Positions 25,895-35,134 of a stretch of DNA of 52,491 nt are shown in pieces. Origin of the DNA: an uncultured Candidatus Melainabacteria bacterium (GTDB lineage Bacteria; Cyanobacteriota; Vampirovibrionia; Gastranaerophilales; Gastranaerophilaceae); NCBI GenBank assembly GCA_937895785.1, contig CALBKW010000070.1, forward strand, positions 1 to 52,491, in the 5' to 3' direction. The first letter of the stretch is position 1; every line of letters starts with the position of its first letter. The notes under the pieces were generated by a model, which saw nothing but the letters and a program-made list of their open reading frames with translations, did not search any database and was not told the DNA's origin. The position numbers and the translations under genes were made by a program.

Positions 25895-27019
25895 ATGAAC
25901 GAAAAGAAAAACATTTTAGTCGTATTTGGAACAAGACCAGAGGTTATAAAGCTTGCCCCTGTTATAATTGAACTCAGAAAACACCCTGAATATAACGTAA
26001 TTGTATGTAATACAGAACAGCAAAAGGAATTATCTAACCAAACACTTGAATATTTTGGACTAAAGGCGGATATAAACCTTGATTGTATGCGTCCTAACCA
26101 ACCTTTGGCTGAAATTCAATCAAGAATTTTGTTGAATTTAGATAAAGTGTTTAATGCGCAAAATATTGATGCAACTATTGTTCAAGGCGATACAATGACT
26201 GTATTGACCGGTGCGCTTGTTAGTTTCTATCATAAAGTTCCGGTATTTCACGTAGAGGCTGGTTTACGCTCTTATGATATCTATGAACCTTTCCCAGAAG
26301 AGGTTATGCGCCAAATGACATCACGAGTTACTCAACTTCATTTTGCTCCAACAGAAAAAAATAAACAGGCTCTATTGCGTGAAGGTATTGACGAAAAGAT
26401 GATATCAGTGACTGGAAATACAGTAATAGATGCACTTTTCTGCTTGTCTGATGATGTTATTGCACGTTCAAAGAGCTATTTCGAGGAAAAAAATATTCCA
26501 ATTGACGATAAATTGGTACTTATCACTGCTCATAGACGAGAAAATCACGGCGAAAGACTTGATAGAATTATAAAAGCAATATATGATTTGGCTGTAAAGT
26601 ATACTGACCATACGTTTGTGATACCTGTACATCCAAATCCAAATGTTAAAGATAAAATTCACGAAAACCTTGGCAAATTAAGCAATGTACACCTTTTGAC
26701 ACCGCTTGATTACCCTTATCTTGTGTATTTACAACGTAATGCGAAGTTGATATTGACTGATAGTGGCGGTATACAAGAAGAAGCGCCTACTTTCGGTTGC
26801 CCAACTTTAGTAATGAGATATGAGACAGAGCGCCAAGAGGGCATAGAGGCTGGTGTTTCAACTTTAGTCGGCGCGGATTACGCTCGTATCCTGTCACTTA
26901 GCGAAAATATCTTATCAAAAGAAAAAAATCAAACAAGATTGACTGCTCAAAACCCTTATGGTGACGGTCATTCCGCTGAAAAGATTGAAAAACTTATTCG
27001 CAAATTTTTCAAAATGTAA
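25895..27019 (+). CDS. wecB: UDP-N-acetylglucosamine 2-epimerase (non-hydrolysing type)
   Basis: ILVVFGTRPEVIKLAPV.., ..HVEAGLRS.., ..TAHRREN.., ..LTDSGGIQEEAP... I take the ATG at 25895 rather than the GTG at 25883. Confidence 0.88.
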   Translation: MNEKKNILVVFGTRPEVIKLAPVIIELRKHPEYNVIVCNTEQQKELSNQTLEYFGLKADINLDCMRPNQPLAEIQSRILLNLDKVFNAQNIDATIVQGDTMTVLTGALVSFYHKVPVFHVEAGLRSYDIYEPFPEEVMRQMTSRVTQLHFAPTEKNKQALLREGIDEKMISVTGNTVIDALFCLSDDVIARSKSYFEEKNIPIDDKLVLITAHRRENHGERLDRIIKAIYDLAVKYTDHTFVIPVHPNPNVKDKIHENLGKLSNVHLLTPLDYPYLVYLQRNAKLILTDSGGIQEEAPTFGCPTLVMRYETERQEGIEAGVSTLVGADYARILSLSENILSKEKNQTRLTAQNPYGDGHSAEKIEKLIRKFFKM

Positions 27020-27117
27020 GTAAATTTACGTACGTAAAATCCCGTACGTTTTTCTACGTACAAATTTGATTTTTACGATGTTTTTAGATAAAAATAAAAA
27101 GTTAAATTTATGAAATA

Positions 27118-27158
27118 GAAAATGAGGTTCAAATAAAAAATTTGAACCTCATTTTCTT
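27118..27158. terminator. Bidirectional rho-independent terminator
   Basis: 13-bp stem AATGAGGTTCAAA (27121-27133) / TTTGAACCTCATT (27141-27153), A-rich before and T-rich after, between convergent genes. Confidence 0.85.
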
Positions 27159-27177
27159 TATTGTTTATTTTATCAAA

Positions 27178-28905
27178 TTACTTGTATAAAGGTGCAAGTT
27201 TTTTTGCTTGTTGTGGAATTACGCCTTCTTCGATTGGAAGATATACTCTGTAATCAATATCAGGGAAACAGTTGTCGATATCTTCAATTTCAAATAATTT
27301 AGTTTCATCGATGTTGCCAGAGTCAATCATATCAGCGATAGTTTCAAATCTGTCAACGTGTTCTCTAAATCTGTCTGTTGCGTAATCTTTAGCTTGCCAT
27401 GTTGTAATCAAGAATGGCCAATCTGAAGATTGAAGTAACAAGTTTTCACGAGCTAATTGTGATAAAGCTCTTAGTAATAGCTTGTCTTCAGGTTTTTCTT
27501 CGTATCTTGAAGCAATTTCAGTGATACGTTTTTCGCAAGAGTGGATAATTGGCCACATCCATTCTGTTAAGTGGTTCATCCATACATAGAAGTGTCCGCC
27601 AGCACCCCAAGAACTTTCAGGAATTTGGATAGCTTCTTTTGGTGGGTGGGCTTCTAGATATTCACCTGCAGTCATCATTTGAATATCATCTTTCAAGTAT
27701 GTGTTCAATTTTTTAACTACTTGTTTAATAAATTCAACACCTTCAAACCACCAGTGACCGAATAATTCTGTATCGAAAGATACCATTACTAAGCCTTCTT
27801 TACCGTTGTGAGATTTTTTATAATCATTCAACAAATGGTAAAGCATTGTTGTATAGTGATCTGAGTTTTCGTTAATTTTATTGAATGCTAATACTGGATC
27901 GTATAGCATTTTGTCGCCTAAATCAGTTGTTGAAGATGTAATTCTCCAGTAGTGCATACCTGATTTATCGTCTTTTTTATGAAATTCTCTATATACGCCA
28001 TCACCTGGGTAACCGTCTGCAGCAGACCAAACTTGGTAACCAGCTCTATCGTTTCTACCCATAACAGCAACTTGAGCATCAGGTAACCAGTAAGCAGAGT
28101 ATGTATCATAACCTGTTGCTTCACGTTCAGGAAGTGGAATGTACTCAATATTTCCGTACATACCGATTACACGTCTGTTACCGATTGAGTTACCACCTTC
28201 TATTACGTGAGATTCAGTAAAGAAGTATTGAATGTCGTTGTTTTGAAGAGTAACTTCAATAGCAGGTCTCCATTTCTTTTGACCATCTTTGCCAATATAT
28301 TGGTAACCTTGTCTGTATGCGCATTCTGGCAACCAGCAACCTTTTGCTTTTTTACCAAACAAGCGTTTTGTTGTATCTGAACCAACTTTGAATTGTGCAT
28401 TCAAATTGTTGTCAGTTGCAAGAAGTGGTGAAAAACCGTGAGTTGCACCTGAAGTTGTAATTTCAATACAGCCTAAGTCTTGGTATTTTTTGAATGCTGC
28501 GATTAAATCTTTGTTATAACGATTTACAAAGTGGTCTTTGATTTTTGATAAGTGGTTGAAACAGAAGTTAGCTAAATAGCTTAAGTGTTCTGAATGTTCA
28601 ACTTTTGGATCAGGATATCTTTCAACATCTTCTGCTGCGGATTTAATTCTTGTATCCATGTATTCAACAAAACCGTCTTGTAAATGTTTGTCGTTAAGTT
28701 GTTCAGCTAAGATTGGTGTAATACCAACTGTAAGTTTAGCTTTGATACCATCTTCTTCGTACAATTCTGAGATTGCATCAAGAAGTGGAACGTATGTTTC
28801 TGCCATACATTCGTATAAATTTTCTTCACCGAATGGCCACATACCAGCTTTGCGGTAGTACGGCAAATGGCTATGTAACATAAAAACGAATTGACCTACT
28901 GACAT
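27178..28905 (-). CDS. GH57-type 1,4-alpha-glucan branching enzyme
   Basis: The N-terminus FVFMLHSHLPYYRKAGMWPFGEENLYECMAETYVPLL closely matches the GH57 branching-enzyme family (Thermus/Thermococcus type) as I recall it. 575 aa. Confidence 0.88.
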   Translation of the reverse strand: MSVGQFVFMLHSHLPYYRKAGMWPFGEENLYECMAETYVPLLDAISELYEEDGIKAKLTVGITPILAEQLNDKHLQDGFVEYMDTRIKSAAEDVERYPDPKVEHSEHLSYLANFCFNHLSKIKDHFVNRYNKDLIAAFKKYQDLGCIEITTSGATHGFSPLLATDNNLNAQFKVGSDTTKRLFGKKAKGCWLPECAYRQGYQYIGKDGQKKWRPAIEVTLQNNDIQYFFTESHVIEGGNSIGNRRVIGMYGNIEYIPLPEREATGYDTYSAYWLPDAQVAVMGRNDRAGYQVWSAADGYPGDGVYREFHKKDDKSGMHYWRITSSTTDLGDKMLYDPVLAFNKINENSDHYTTMLYHLLNDYKKSHNGKEGLVMVSFDTELFGHWWFEGVEFIKQVVKKLNTYLKDDIQMMTAGEYLEAHPPKEAIQIPESSWGAGGHFYVWMNHLTEWMWPIIHSCEKRITEIASRYEEKPEDKLLLRALSQLARENLLLQSSDWPFLITTWQAKDYATDRFREHVDRFETIADMIDSGNIDETKLFEIEDIDNCFPDIDYRVYLPIEEGVIPQQAKKLAPLYK

Positions 28906-29104
28906 AAAATGCCTCCATATTCTTATTTATTGATAGTTTCTCGTGTTCTTTTAGGGGTAATTGTAATAACAATATTTCCTTATCTAATTTATATCATGAA
29001 CACAAAAATAATGTTACACATGTAACCTTAAATTGTATCTATTTGTTACAAATTATTAATCAGGTGTCTATGTTTGGTATTACTATAAATTTCGCAAACT
29101 ATGG

Positions 29105-29133
29105 TTGACATCAAATTTTATTTAGCTTACAAT
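29105..29133 (+). promoter_or_regulatory. Sigma-70-type promoter for rpsT
   Basis: TTGACA (29105-29110) - 17 nt - TACAAT (29128-29133). The ~85-nt leader contains the hairpin CCTCA..TGAGG. Confidence 0.65.
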
Positions 29134-29223
29134 TTTTTTGCTCACAATCCTCAGAGTAGCAATGAGGTTTAAAAAAGAAGTCATTAGCTTTTTTAAATTT
29201 CACAAAAAGAAAGAAGGACACAA

Positions 29224-29493
29224 ATGGCTAATATTAAATCTGCTAAAAAAAGAGTTTTAGTTGCTGAAAGAAATCACGTTAAAAACGTTGCTTTCAAAAC
29301 ATCAATCAAAACAATTTTGAAAAAAGTTATAGAATTAGCTAAAGCAAAAGATGAAGAAAATTTGAAAGTTGCTTTATCAAAAGCATACCAATTATGCGAT
29401 AAAGCTGTTTCAAAAGGTATTTTACACAAAAATACAGCTTCAAGAAAAAAATCAAGATTAACTATCGCAGTTAACAAATTATTAGCTCAATAG
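29224..29493 (+). CDS. rpsT: 30S ribosomal protein S20
   Basis: MANIKSAKKRVLVAERNHVKN.. is the canonical S20 N-terminus. 89 aa. Confidence 0.95.
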   Translation: MANIKSAKKRVLVAERNHVKNVAFKTSIKTILKKVIELAKAKDEENLKVALSKAYQLCDKAVSKGILHKNTASRKKSRLTIAVNKLLAQ

Positions 29494-29515
29494 TTTTTTG
29501 ATTTGTAATCTTTTT

Positions 29516-29556
29516 AAGGGCGCAAAACGTATGTTTTGCGCCCTTCTTATTTTTCT
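29516..29556 (+). terminator. Rho-independent terminator
   Basis: AAGGGCGCAAAAC / GTTTTGCGCCCTT stem, loop GTAT, followed by a T-rich tract. Confidence 0.88.
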
Positions 29557-29634
29557 CGTAATTATTATTAACAATATGAGTCATGTAGGATTTTATCTGA
29601 TATAATGACATGGGGAATAGTATGTATAAAGTGA

Positions 29635-30243
29635 GTGTACATGCCAACTAATCAGCAAATCAATTTAAAAGATTATCAAGGACTAATTGAAACCGTTTGT
29701 AAAGTCGAGGCTCAAAAAATGGCTTCTACTTCGCATTTGCTTGATTTTATGGAAATGATGAACATTGCAACACAAACTTTGTACATTTTGTTTAAGCAAA
29801 AAAGTCCAGAATCTTATAACAATTCATATCTTTCAACAGCAATAAAATGGGCTATCAGGAACGAAGTAAGACGACGTTACAAATGGTATTCAATGAAGCA
29901 AAAACGCGAAATTATGAGTCCTGATGATGTGCGCGAAGCTATGTACAAAACTATTTTGTCTGTTGAAGAAATGGCAGAAGCTGAAAATCCAACAATAATA
30001 CGCTCACACGACAAAAATCCAGAAGAATCTTTAGAGTTCTATCAATTGAAACATAAGATTGAAGCGCTTTTAGATACTTTACCTGAAAGAGAAAAAGAAT
30101 TTATAGAATTGAAATTCTTTAAAGATAAAAAATTACGCGAAATGTCAGAGGAATTTCAAATTTCTCCTTCGAGGGTTTCAAGAATTATTCAATCGGGCTT
30201 AAACAGAATTAAAAAAGAACTGGCAAAACAGGAGATGATATAG
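29635..30243 (+). CDS. Alternative sigma-70-family RNA polymerase sigma factor (group 3/4-like, about 200 aa)
   Basis: Region 2.3-2.4-like YLSTAIKWAIRNEVRRRY and region 4 LPEREKEFIELKFFKDKKLREMSEEFQISPSRVSRIIQSGLNRIKKEL. GTG 29635 or ATG 29641 could be the start. An extended -10 TGATATAAT lies at 29598-29606. Confidence 0.8.
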   Translation: MYMPTNQQINLKDYQGLIETVCKVEAQKMASTSHLLDFMEMMNIATQTLYILFKQKSPESYNNSYLSTAIKWAIRNEVRRRYKWYSMKQKREIMSPDDVREAMYKTILSVEEMAEAENPTIIRSHDKNPEESLEFYQLKHKIEALLDTLPEREKEFIELKFFKDKKLREMSEEFQISPSRVSRIIQSGLNRIKKELAKQEMI

Positions 30244-31679
30244 TGACAACTATTTTTGAAAAAAGTAATAATATAAATGGAATTAGCTTTTTTGAAGGTG
30301 ATGAAAAGGTTGATTTTATTGATGAAAAATTCTTGAGAAAAAGTGATTTAGATTTGCCTCAAACTTCTGAGTTAGAAGTTTTGCGTCACTATAAGAAACT
30401 TTCTGATAAAAACTTTTGTATTGAAAAAGGATTTTATCCATTAGGGTCTTGTACTATGAAATACAACCCAAAAGTTAATGAAATGCTTGCTAATCTTGAT
30501 GGATTTTTAAACCTTCATCCAGCTTTAAAAGACGAAGATGTACAGGGGGCATTAAAATTAATGTACAACTTGCAAGAAGCTCTAAAAACAATTACGGGAA
30601 TGCAAGCCGTTAGCTTACAACCTGCAGCAGGCGCTCATGGTGAGTTCTCTGGTATGATGGTTATCAAAAAATATTTTGAAGTTAAAGGTGAACATAGAAA
30701 AAAAGTTATTATTCCAGATTCTGCACACGGTACAAATCCTGCAAGTGCTCACATGGCTGGATTTGATATTGTTCAAGTTAAGTCAAATGACAAAGGTCAA
30801 GTTGATTTAGAAGCATTGAAAGAATTACTAGACGAAGATGTTGCAGCAATTATGATGACTAATCCTAATACTTTAGGTATTTTTGAAGAACATGTTTTAG
30901 AAATTTCTAAAATGATGCACGAAAACGGTTCATTATTATATTATGATGGTGCTAATTTCAATGCTATTATGGGATATACAAATCCGTTCTTAATGGGATT
31001 TGATGTTGTGCATTTGAATTTACACAAAACCTTCTCAACACCTCACGGTGGTGGTGGTCCTGGTGCTGGACCAATTGCAGTTGTTGAAAAACTGAAAGAT
31101 TTATTGCCAACTCCTGTAATAACTTTTGACGGTGAAATGTATCATAGAAATTACAATTTAGCTAATTCAATCGGTGCTGTTAAAGGTTATTTTGGAAACT
31201 TTGGTGTTTTAGTTAGAGCTTATGCTTACATTTTAATGATGGGTAAAGAACTAAAACGTGCAAGTGGAGATGCTGTTTTAAATGCAAATTATGTTAAAGA
31301 AAAACTAAAAGGTGCATTCGATTTGCCTTATGATGTTCCTTGTATGCACGAATTTGTATTATCAGGTGAACGTCAAAAAGAAAAAGGTATTTCAACATTA
31401 AATATGGCAAAACGCTTGATGGATAGTGAAATTCACCCTCCAACAATTTATTTTCCATTGATTGTTCATGAAGCAATGATGATTGAACCGACCGAAACAG
31501 AAACAAAACAAAGACTTGACGAATTTATCACAACTATGCTACAAATAGCTAAAGAGGTTGATGAAAATCCACAAATCATATTGAGCGCTCCAAACAGTGC
31601 GCCTATTAAAAAAGTAGATGAAACTTTGGCTGCAAGAAAGCCAGATTTAAATTTTAGATTGGACAAAGATAATGAATAA
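30243..31679 (+). CDS. gcvPB: Glycine dehydrogenase (aminomethyl-transferring) subunit 2
   Basis: ..FYPLGSCTMKYNP.. and the PLP-lysine motif NLHKTFSTPHGGGGPGAGP. The GTG start overlaps the sigma-factor TAG by 1 nt. Confidence 0.9.
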   Translation: MTTIFEKSNNINGISFFEGDEKVDFIDEKFLRKSDLDLPQTSELEVLRHYKKLSDKNFCIEKGFYPLGSCTMKYNPKVNEMLANLDGFLNLHPALKDEDVQGALKLMYNLQEALKTITGMQAVSLQPAAGAHGEFSGMMVIKKYFEVKGEHRKKVIIPDSAHGTNPASAHMAGFDIVQVKSNDKGQVDLEALKELLDEDVAAIMMTNPNTLGIFEEHVLEISKMMHENGSLLYYDGANFNAIMGYTNPFLMGFDVVHLNLHKTFSTPHGGGGPGAGPIAVVEKLKDLLPTPVITFDGEMYHRNYNLANSIGAVKGYFGNFGVLVRAYAYILMMGKELKRASGDAVLNANYVKEKLKGAFDLPYDVPCMHEFVLSGERQKEKGISTLNMAKRLMDSEIHPPTIYFPLIVHEAMMIEPTETETKQRLDEFITTMLQIAKEVDENPQIILSAPNSAPIKKVDETLAARKPDLNFRLDKDNE

Positions 31680-32811
31680 ACAAAATAAAAAAGTAAAAGT
31701 TGCGTTCCCTCATATGGGTACTATTTCAATCGCTTGGTCGGTTGCATTAAGAAAATTTGGTGTTGAAGCCTATGTTCCACCATATACAAGTAAAAAAACT
31801 TTGTCTTTAGGGGTTAAAAATTCTCCAGAGGCTGTTTGTTTACCTTACAAATTAATCTTAGGTAACTTTATTGAGGCTATTGAAGGTGGTACAGATTATG
31901 TTGCAATGCTTACTTCCCCAGGTTGTTGCCGTTTGGGTGTTTATGGTTTAAACATTCAAAGTGCATTGGCAGATTTAGGTTATGAGGCTAAATATCTTGA
32001 ATTATCATTGTATGACGGTATTAAAGGTTTATTCAAATTCTTCCACGATTTGTTAGGAAAAGATGATTGGATTGCAGCTGCAAAAGCCTCTATTATGATG
32101 ATTAGAATGGTTTTTGCACTAGATGATTTAGAAACTCTTTTAGCTTATTATAGAGCTAGAGAAATTAAAGTTGGCGAAGCAGAACGTCATTACAACAAAT
32201 GTTTGAATATGTATAAAGAAGTTAAAAACTTCCGTGATATAAACAAAATCAGAAAAGCTGTTAAAAAAGAAATGGCAAAGACTGAAATTGACAAGAAACG
32301 TGAAATTTTGAATGTTGATATTACAGGTGAAATTTATCTTGTAGGTGATCCATTCTCTAACCAATATATAGAGAGAGAATTAGGTAAAATGGGTGTGCAA
32401 ACAAGACGTAGCTTGACAGTTAGCAGTTTCTTAAAAGATGCTATCATTCCAAAAATGTTTAGAAATGGTGAAACTCACTTGCAACGTGCAAACAGAATGG
32501 CAAAACCATATCTTATGAGAGATATCGGTGGTGATGCTTTGGAATGCGTTTCTGACGTGGCTTTTGCTGATATGAAACATAGGGATGGTATTATTCACGT
32601 AAGTCCATTTACTTGTATGCCAGAAATTATGTCACAAAATATCTTCCCTGCAATGAGAGAAGACCATAATATTCCAATCTTAACACTTGTTATGGATGAA
32701 CAATCAGGTAAAGCTGGTTATATTACTCGTCTAGAAGCGTTTGTTGATTTGATGCGCCGTAAAAAGAGAAAAGCTGTTATTGAAAACAAAAAAACAGCAG
32801 AAAAAGTCTAG
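31672..32811 (+). CDS. Acyl-CoA dehydratase activase-related protein (DUF2229-like)
   Basis: KVAFPHMGTISIAW..FGVEAYVPPYTSKKTLSLGVKNSPEAVCLPYKLILGN.. and ..DITGEIYLVGDPFSN.. fit the family pattern as I recall it. It overlaps the gcvPB end by 8 nt. Confidence 0.6.
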   Translation: MNKQNKKVKVAFPHMGTISIAWSVALRKFGVEAYVPPYTSKKTLSLGVKNSPEAVCLPYKLILGNFIEAIEGGTDYVAMLTSPGCCRLGVYGLNIQSALADLGYEAKYLELSLYDGIKGLFKFFHDLLGKDDWIAAAKASIMMIRMVFALDDLETLLAYYRAREIKVGEAERHYNKCLNMYKEVKNFRDINKIRKAVKKEMAKTEIDKKREILNVDITGEIYLVGDPFSNQYIERELGKMGVQTRRSLTVSSFLKDAIIPKMFRNGETHLQRANRMAKPYLMRDIGGDALECVSDVAFADMKHRDGIIHVSPFTCMPEIMSQNIFPAMREDHNIPILTLVMDEQSGKAGYITRLEAFVDLMRRKKRKAVIENKKTAEKV

Positions 32812-32832
32812 TTTTATATTATTGAGGTGATT

Positions 32833-33678
32833 ATGTTAAAAGTTTTTAAAAATGCTTTTAAAATCTCATTTGACAACTTAATATTATTTACACCGCCATT
32901 GGTTTTTATGATGTTGGTCTTGTTGTACTTCGGTACAGCAGAAAAATATATGGATAATGCAATCGTTATGGTTGTTTCCGCTCTAGTTATGCTTATTGCG
33001 ACAAGTATTTTTATGGCGGGCTGGTTTTATATGATTATGTGTGCAATTTTTAATTTCAAAAATAAAATTGTGTACGAAAAATCTTCAGATACTTTTACTT
33101 TGTTAAAGCAGTTTATTGTTGGGATGGGAGATTATTTTAAACCGTGTTTGGGCTTTTCTATTCTAGCAATAATTCTATTTAGCATAGTTTTGATAGTATC
33201 TTATTATATTTCACTTGGATTGTTTGGTGACTCAGGAGTTTTCTTGGCAGATTTTATAAAAGATTTTTCTTCATTTATGGCTTTTCAGGCTTTTTTAGAT
33301 GATTTAACTGTGAACCAATTGTTAATCGTTTATGGTTGGTCTGCAATTTTTTCATTTACTATGTTTGTATATTCATTATTTACGTTATTTTGGCCAGCAG
33401 AAATTTTTTATAATACAAAAAATGTTCTAAAAGCCTTGCGTAATTCTGCAATTGCGTTAATTAAACATCCTCAAGTTATTTTGTTGTTCTTTATTATTGT
33501 CGTATTGAATAATGTTTTGATGATGTTCAACATTTTATCACTTATGAGTCCAATTTCGTTGTTACTTATGACATTGATTTATGTGTATTTTATAGTTTAC
33601 GTTTTTGTATTATTATTCTTATATTATGAACAAAAAATCCAAAGTAATAGCAATAGCAGCACCGACGGCAACTGGTAA
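32833..33678 (+). CDS. Polytopic membrane protein, hypothetical
   Basis: About 6-7 hydrophobic helices. ATG at 32833, 3 nt after SD GAGGTG. The 3' end overlaps the miaA start by 53 nt. Confidence 0.6.
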   Translation: MLKVFKNAFKISFDNLILFTPPLVFMMLVLLYFGTAEKYMDNAIVMVVSALVMLIATSIFMAGWFYMIMCAIFNFKNKIVYEKSSDTFTLLKQFIVGMGDYFKPCLGFSILAIILFSIVLIVSYYISLGLFGDSGVFLADFIKDFSSFMAFQAFLDDLTVNQLLIVYGWSAIFSFTMFVYSLFTLFWPAEIFYNTKNVLKALRNSAIALIKHPQVILLFFIIVVLNNVLMMFNILSLMSPISLLLMTLIYVYFIVYVFVLLFLYYEQKIQSNSNSSTDGNW

Positions 33679-34474
33679 AAGCAAATTAGCGATAGAATTG
33701 GCGCATAAATACGACGGAGAAGTTGTATCTGCAGATTCAAGACTTGTGTACAAAGGATTTGAAATTGCAGTTGCAAAACCAACTTTAGAGGAACGTGAAG
33801 GTGTGCCACACCACGTTATTGATGTGGTTGAGCCAGAAGTTAATTATACTGTTGCAAACTTTTACGATGATGCAACAAAATCTATTAGTGATATTTTAAG
33901 TCGTGGGAAATTACCGATTATAGCAGGTGGTACAGGGCTTTACTTTAGAATTTTGTTAGAAGGTTTTGATTTGCCAAGAGTAGAACCAAATCCTGAACTT
34001 AGAGAAGAACTTTCAGCGTTAGAATTGGCAGATTTAGTCGAAATTTTGCGAAAATTAGACGAAAAAACACTAGAAAATATGGTTACACCCGAAAAAAGAA
34101 AAGTTATTCGAGCAATTGAGGTGTGTAAGGGATTAGGGCAACCAATGTCAGAAGTTGCAGGTCAAAAAGAAGTTCCGTATGATGTGGAATGGATTGGAAT
34201 CAACATGCCACGTGAAGAAATTTACGATAGAGTTAACAAGCGTGTTGATGTTATGTTAGAAAACGGCTTGATTGATGAAACAAAGGCTTTACTTGCAAAA
34301 CACGGGCGTATTCCAAATTTTGTTAAAACAATTGGTTATCAAGAAATTTTGCAATATTTAGATGGCGAAATAGACTTAGAAAGAGCTGTCGAGTTAATAA
34401 AACAACATTCACGTAACTATGCAAAACGTCAACTTACTTGGTTTAGGCGAAATAAAGCGTTAGGAATTGATTAG
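33626..34474 (+). CDS. miaA: tRNA dimethylallyltransferase
   Basis: P-loop IAIAAPTATGKSKLAIELA, ..VSADSRLVYKG.., ..TGLYF.., ..YAKRQLTWFR. The start is taken at the ATG at 33626. Confidence 0.9.
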   Translation: MNKKSKVIAIAAPTATGKSKLAIELAHKYDGEVVSADSRLVYKGFEIAVAKPTLEEREGVPHHVIDVVEPEVNYTVANFYDDATKSISDILSRGKLPIIAGGTGLYFRILLEGFDLPRVEPNPELREELSALELADLVEILRKLDEKTLENMVTPEKRKVIRAIEVCKGLGQPMSEVAGQKEVPYDVEWIGINMPREEIYDRVNKRVDVMLENGLIDETKALLAKHGRIPNFVKTIGYQEILQYLDGEIDLERAVELIKQHSRNYAKRQLTWFRRNKALGID

Positions 34475-34492
34475 ATTTTAAAAATATATTTT

Positions 34493-34528
34493 AAAGGCGG
34501 TTTTGATAAAATCAAAACCGCCTTTTTT
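34493..34528. terminator. Bidirectional rho-independent terminator
   Basis: AAAGGCGGTTTTGAT / ATCAAAACCGCCTTT, followed by TTT, between convergent miaA and rpsP. Confidence 0.88.
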
Positions 34529-34555
34529 AAAGAATTTATATCTTGAAACAGAGAA

Positions 34556-34939
34556 CTAAGCTTCAACAGGAGCTTCTTCTGCTGGTGCTTCTGCAGCCGC
34601 TGCTGCTTCAGCTTCAGCTTGTTTTTTTGCTTCTTCTTCAGCTTGCTTTTTAGCTAAAGCTTTTTTAGATAATTTAACTGTTTCAGGTTTTTTGTAGTTT
34701 AATGAACCGTCATCGTTGCAGTTTTTGATTAAGTATGCAACAGTTTCAGTTGGTTGAGCGCCTTTAGATACCCAATTTAAAGCTTCTTGTTTGTTCAAAA
34801 CCATAACTTTAGTTTTTGGATTGTAGTGTCCCAATTCTTGAATTGGAGCGCCTTCACGTTTTGATGTTGAGTTTGTAACTACGATTCTGTAAGCTGGGTT
34901 CTTTTTGCAGCCTAATCTTTTTAATCTGATTTTTAACAT
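34556..34939 (-). CDS. rpsP: 30S ribosomal protein S16 with an Ala/Glu/Lys-rich C-terminal extension
   Basis: MLKIRLKRLGCKKNPAYRIVV.. is the canonical S16 N-terminus. The last ~40 aa are low complexity (KKQAEEEAKKQAEAEAAAAAEAPAEEAPVEA). Confidence 0.93.
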   Translation of the reverse strand: MLKIRLKRLGCKKNPAYRIVVTNSTSKREGAPIQELGHYNPKTKVMVLNKQEALNWVSKGAQPTETVAYLIKNCNDDGSLNYKKPETVKLSKKALAKKQAEEEAKKQAEAEAAAAAEAPAEEAPVEA

Positions 34940-35134
34940 TTTGTTTTTTGTCCTTCTTAATTTTCTACTCGTAAGTGTCTAGCCGCTTGACTCTTACTGA
35001 AATGAGTTTTAAGAGGAATAACTCACTTCATACTTTTATTATAACCACAAAAATAAAATACAAGCAAGATTATTAACGAAAGTTACAGTCTGTTAACGAT
35101 TTGCCCCTTTTTTTATTATTGATAAGATATTAAT

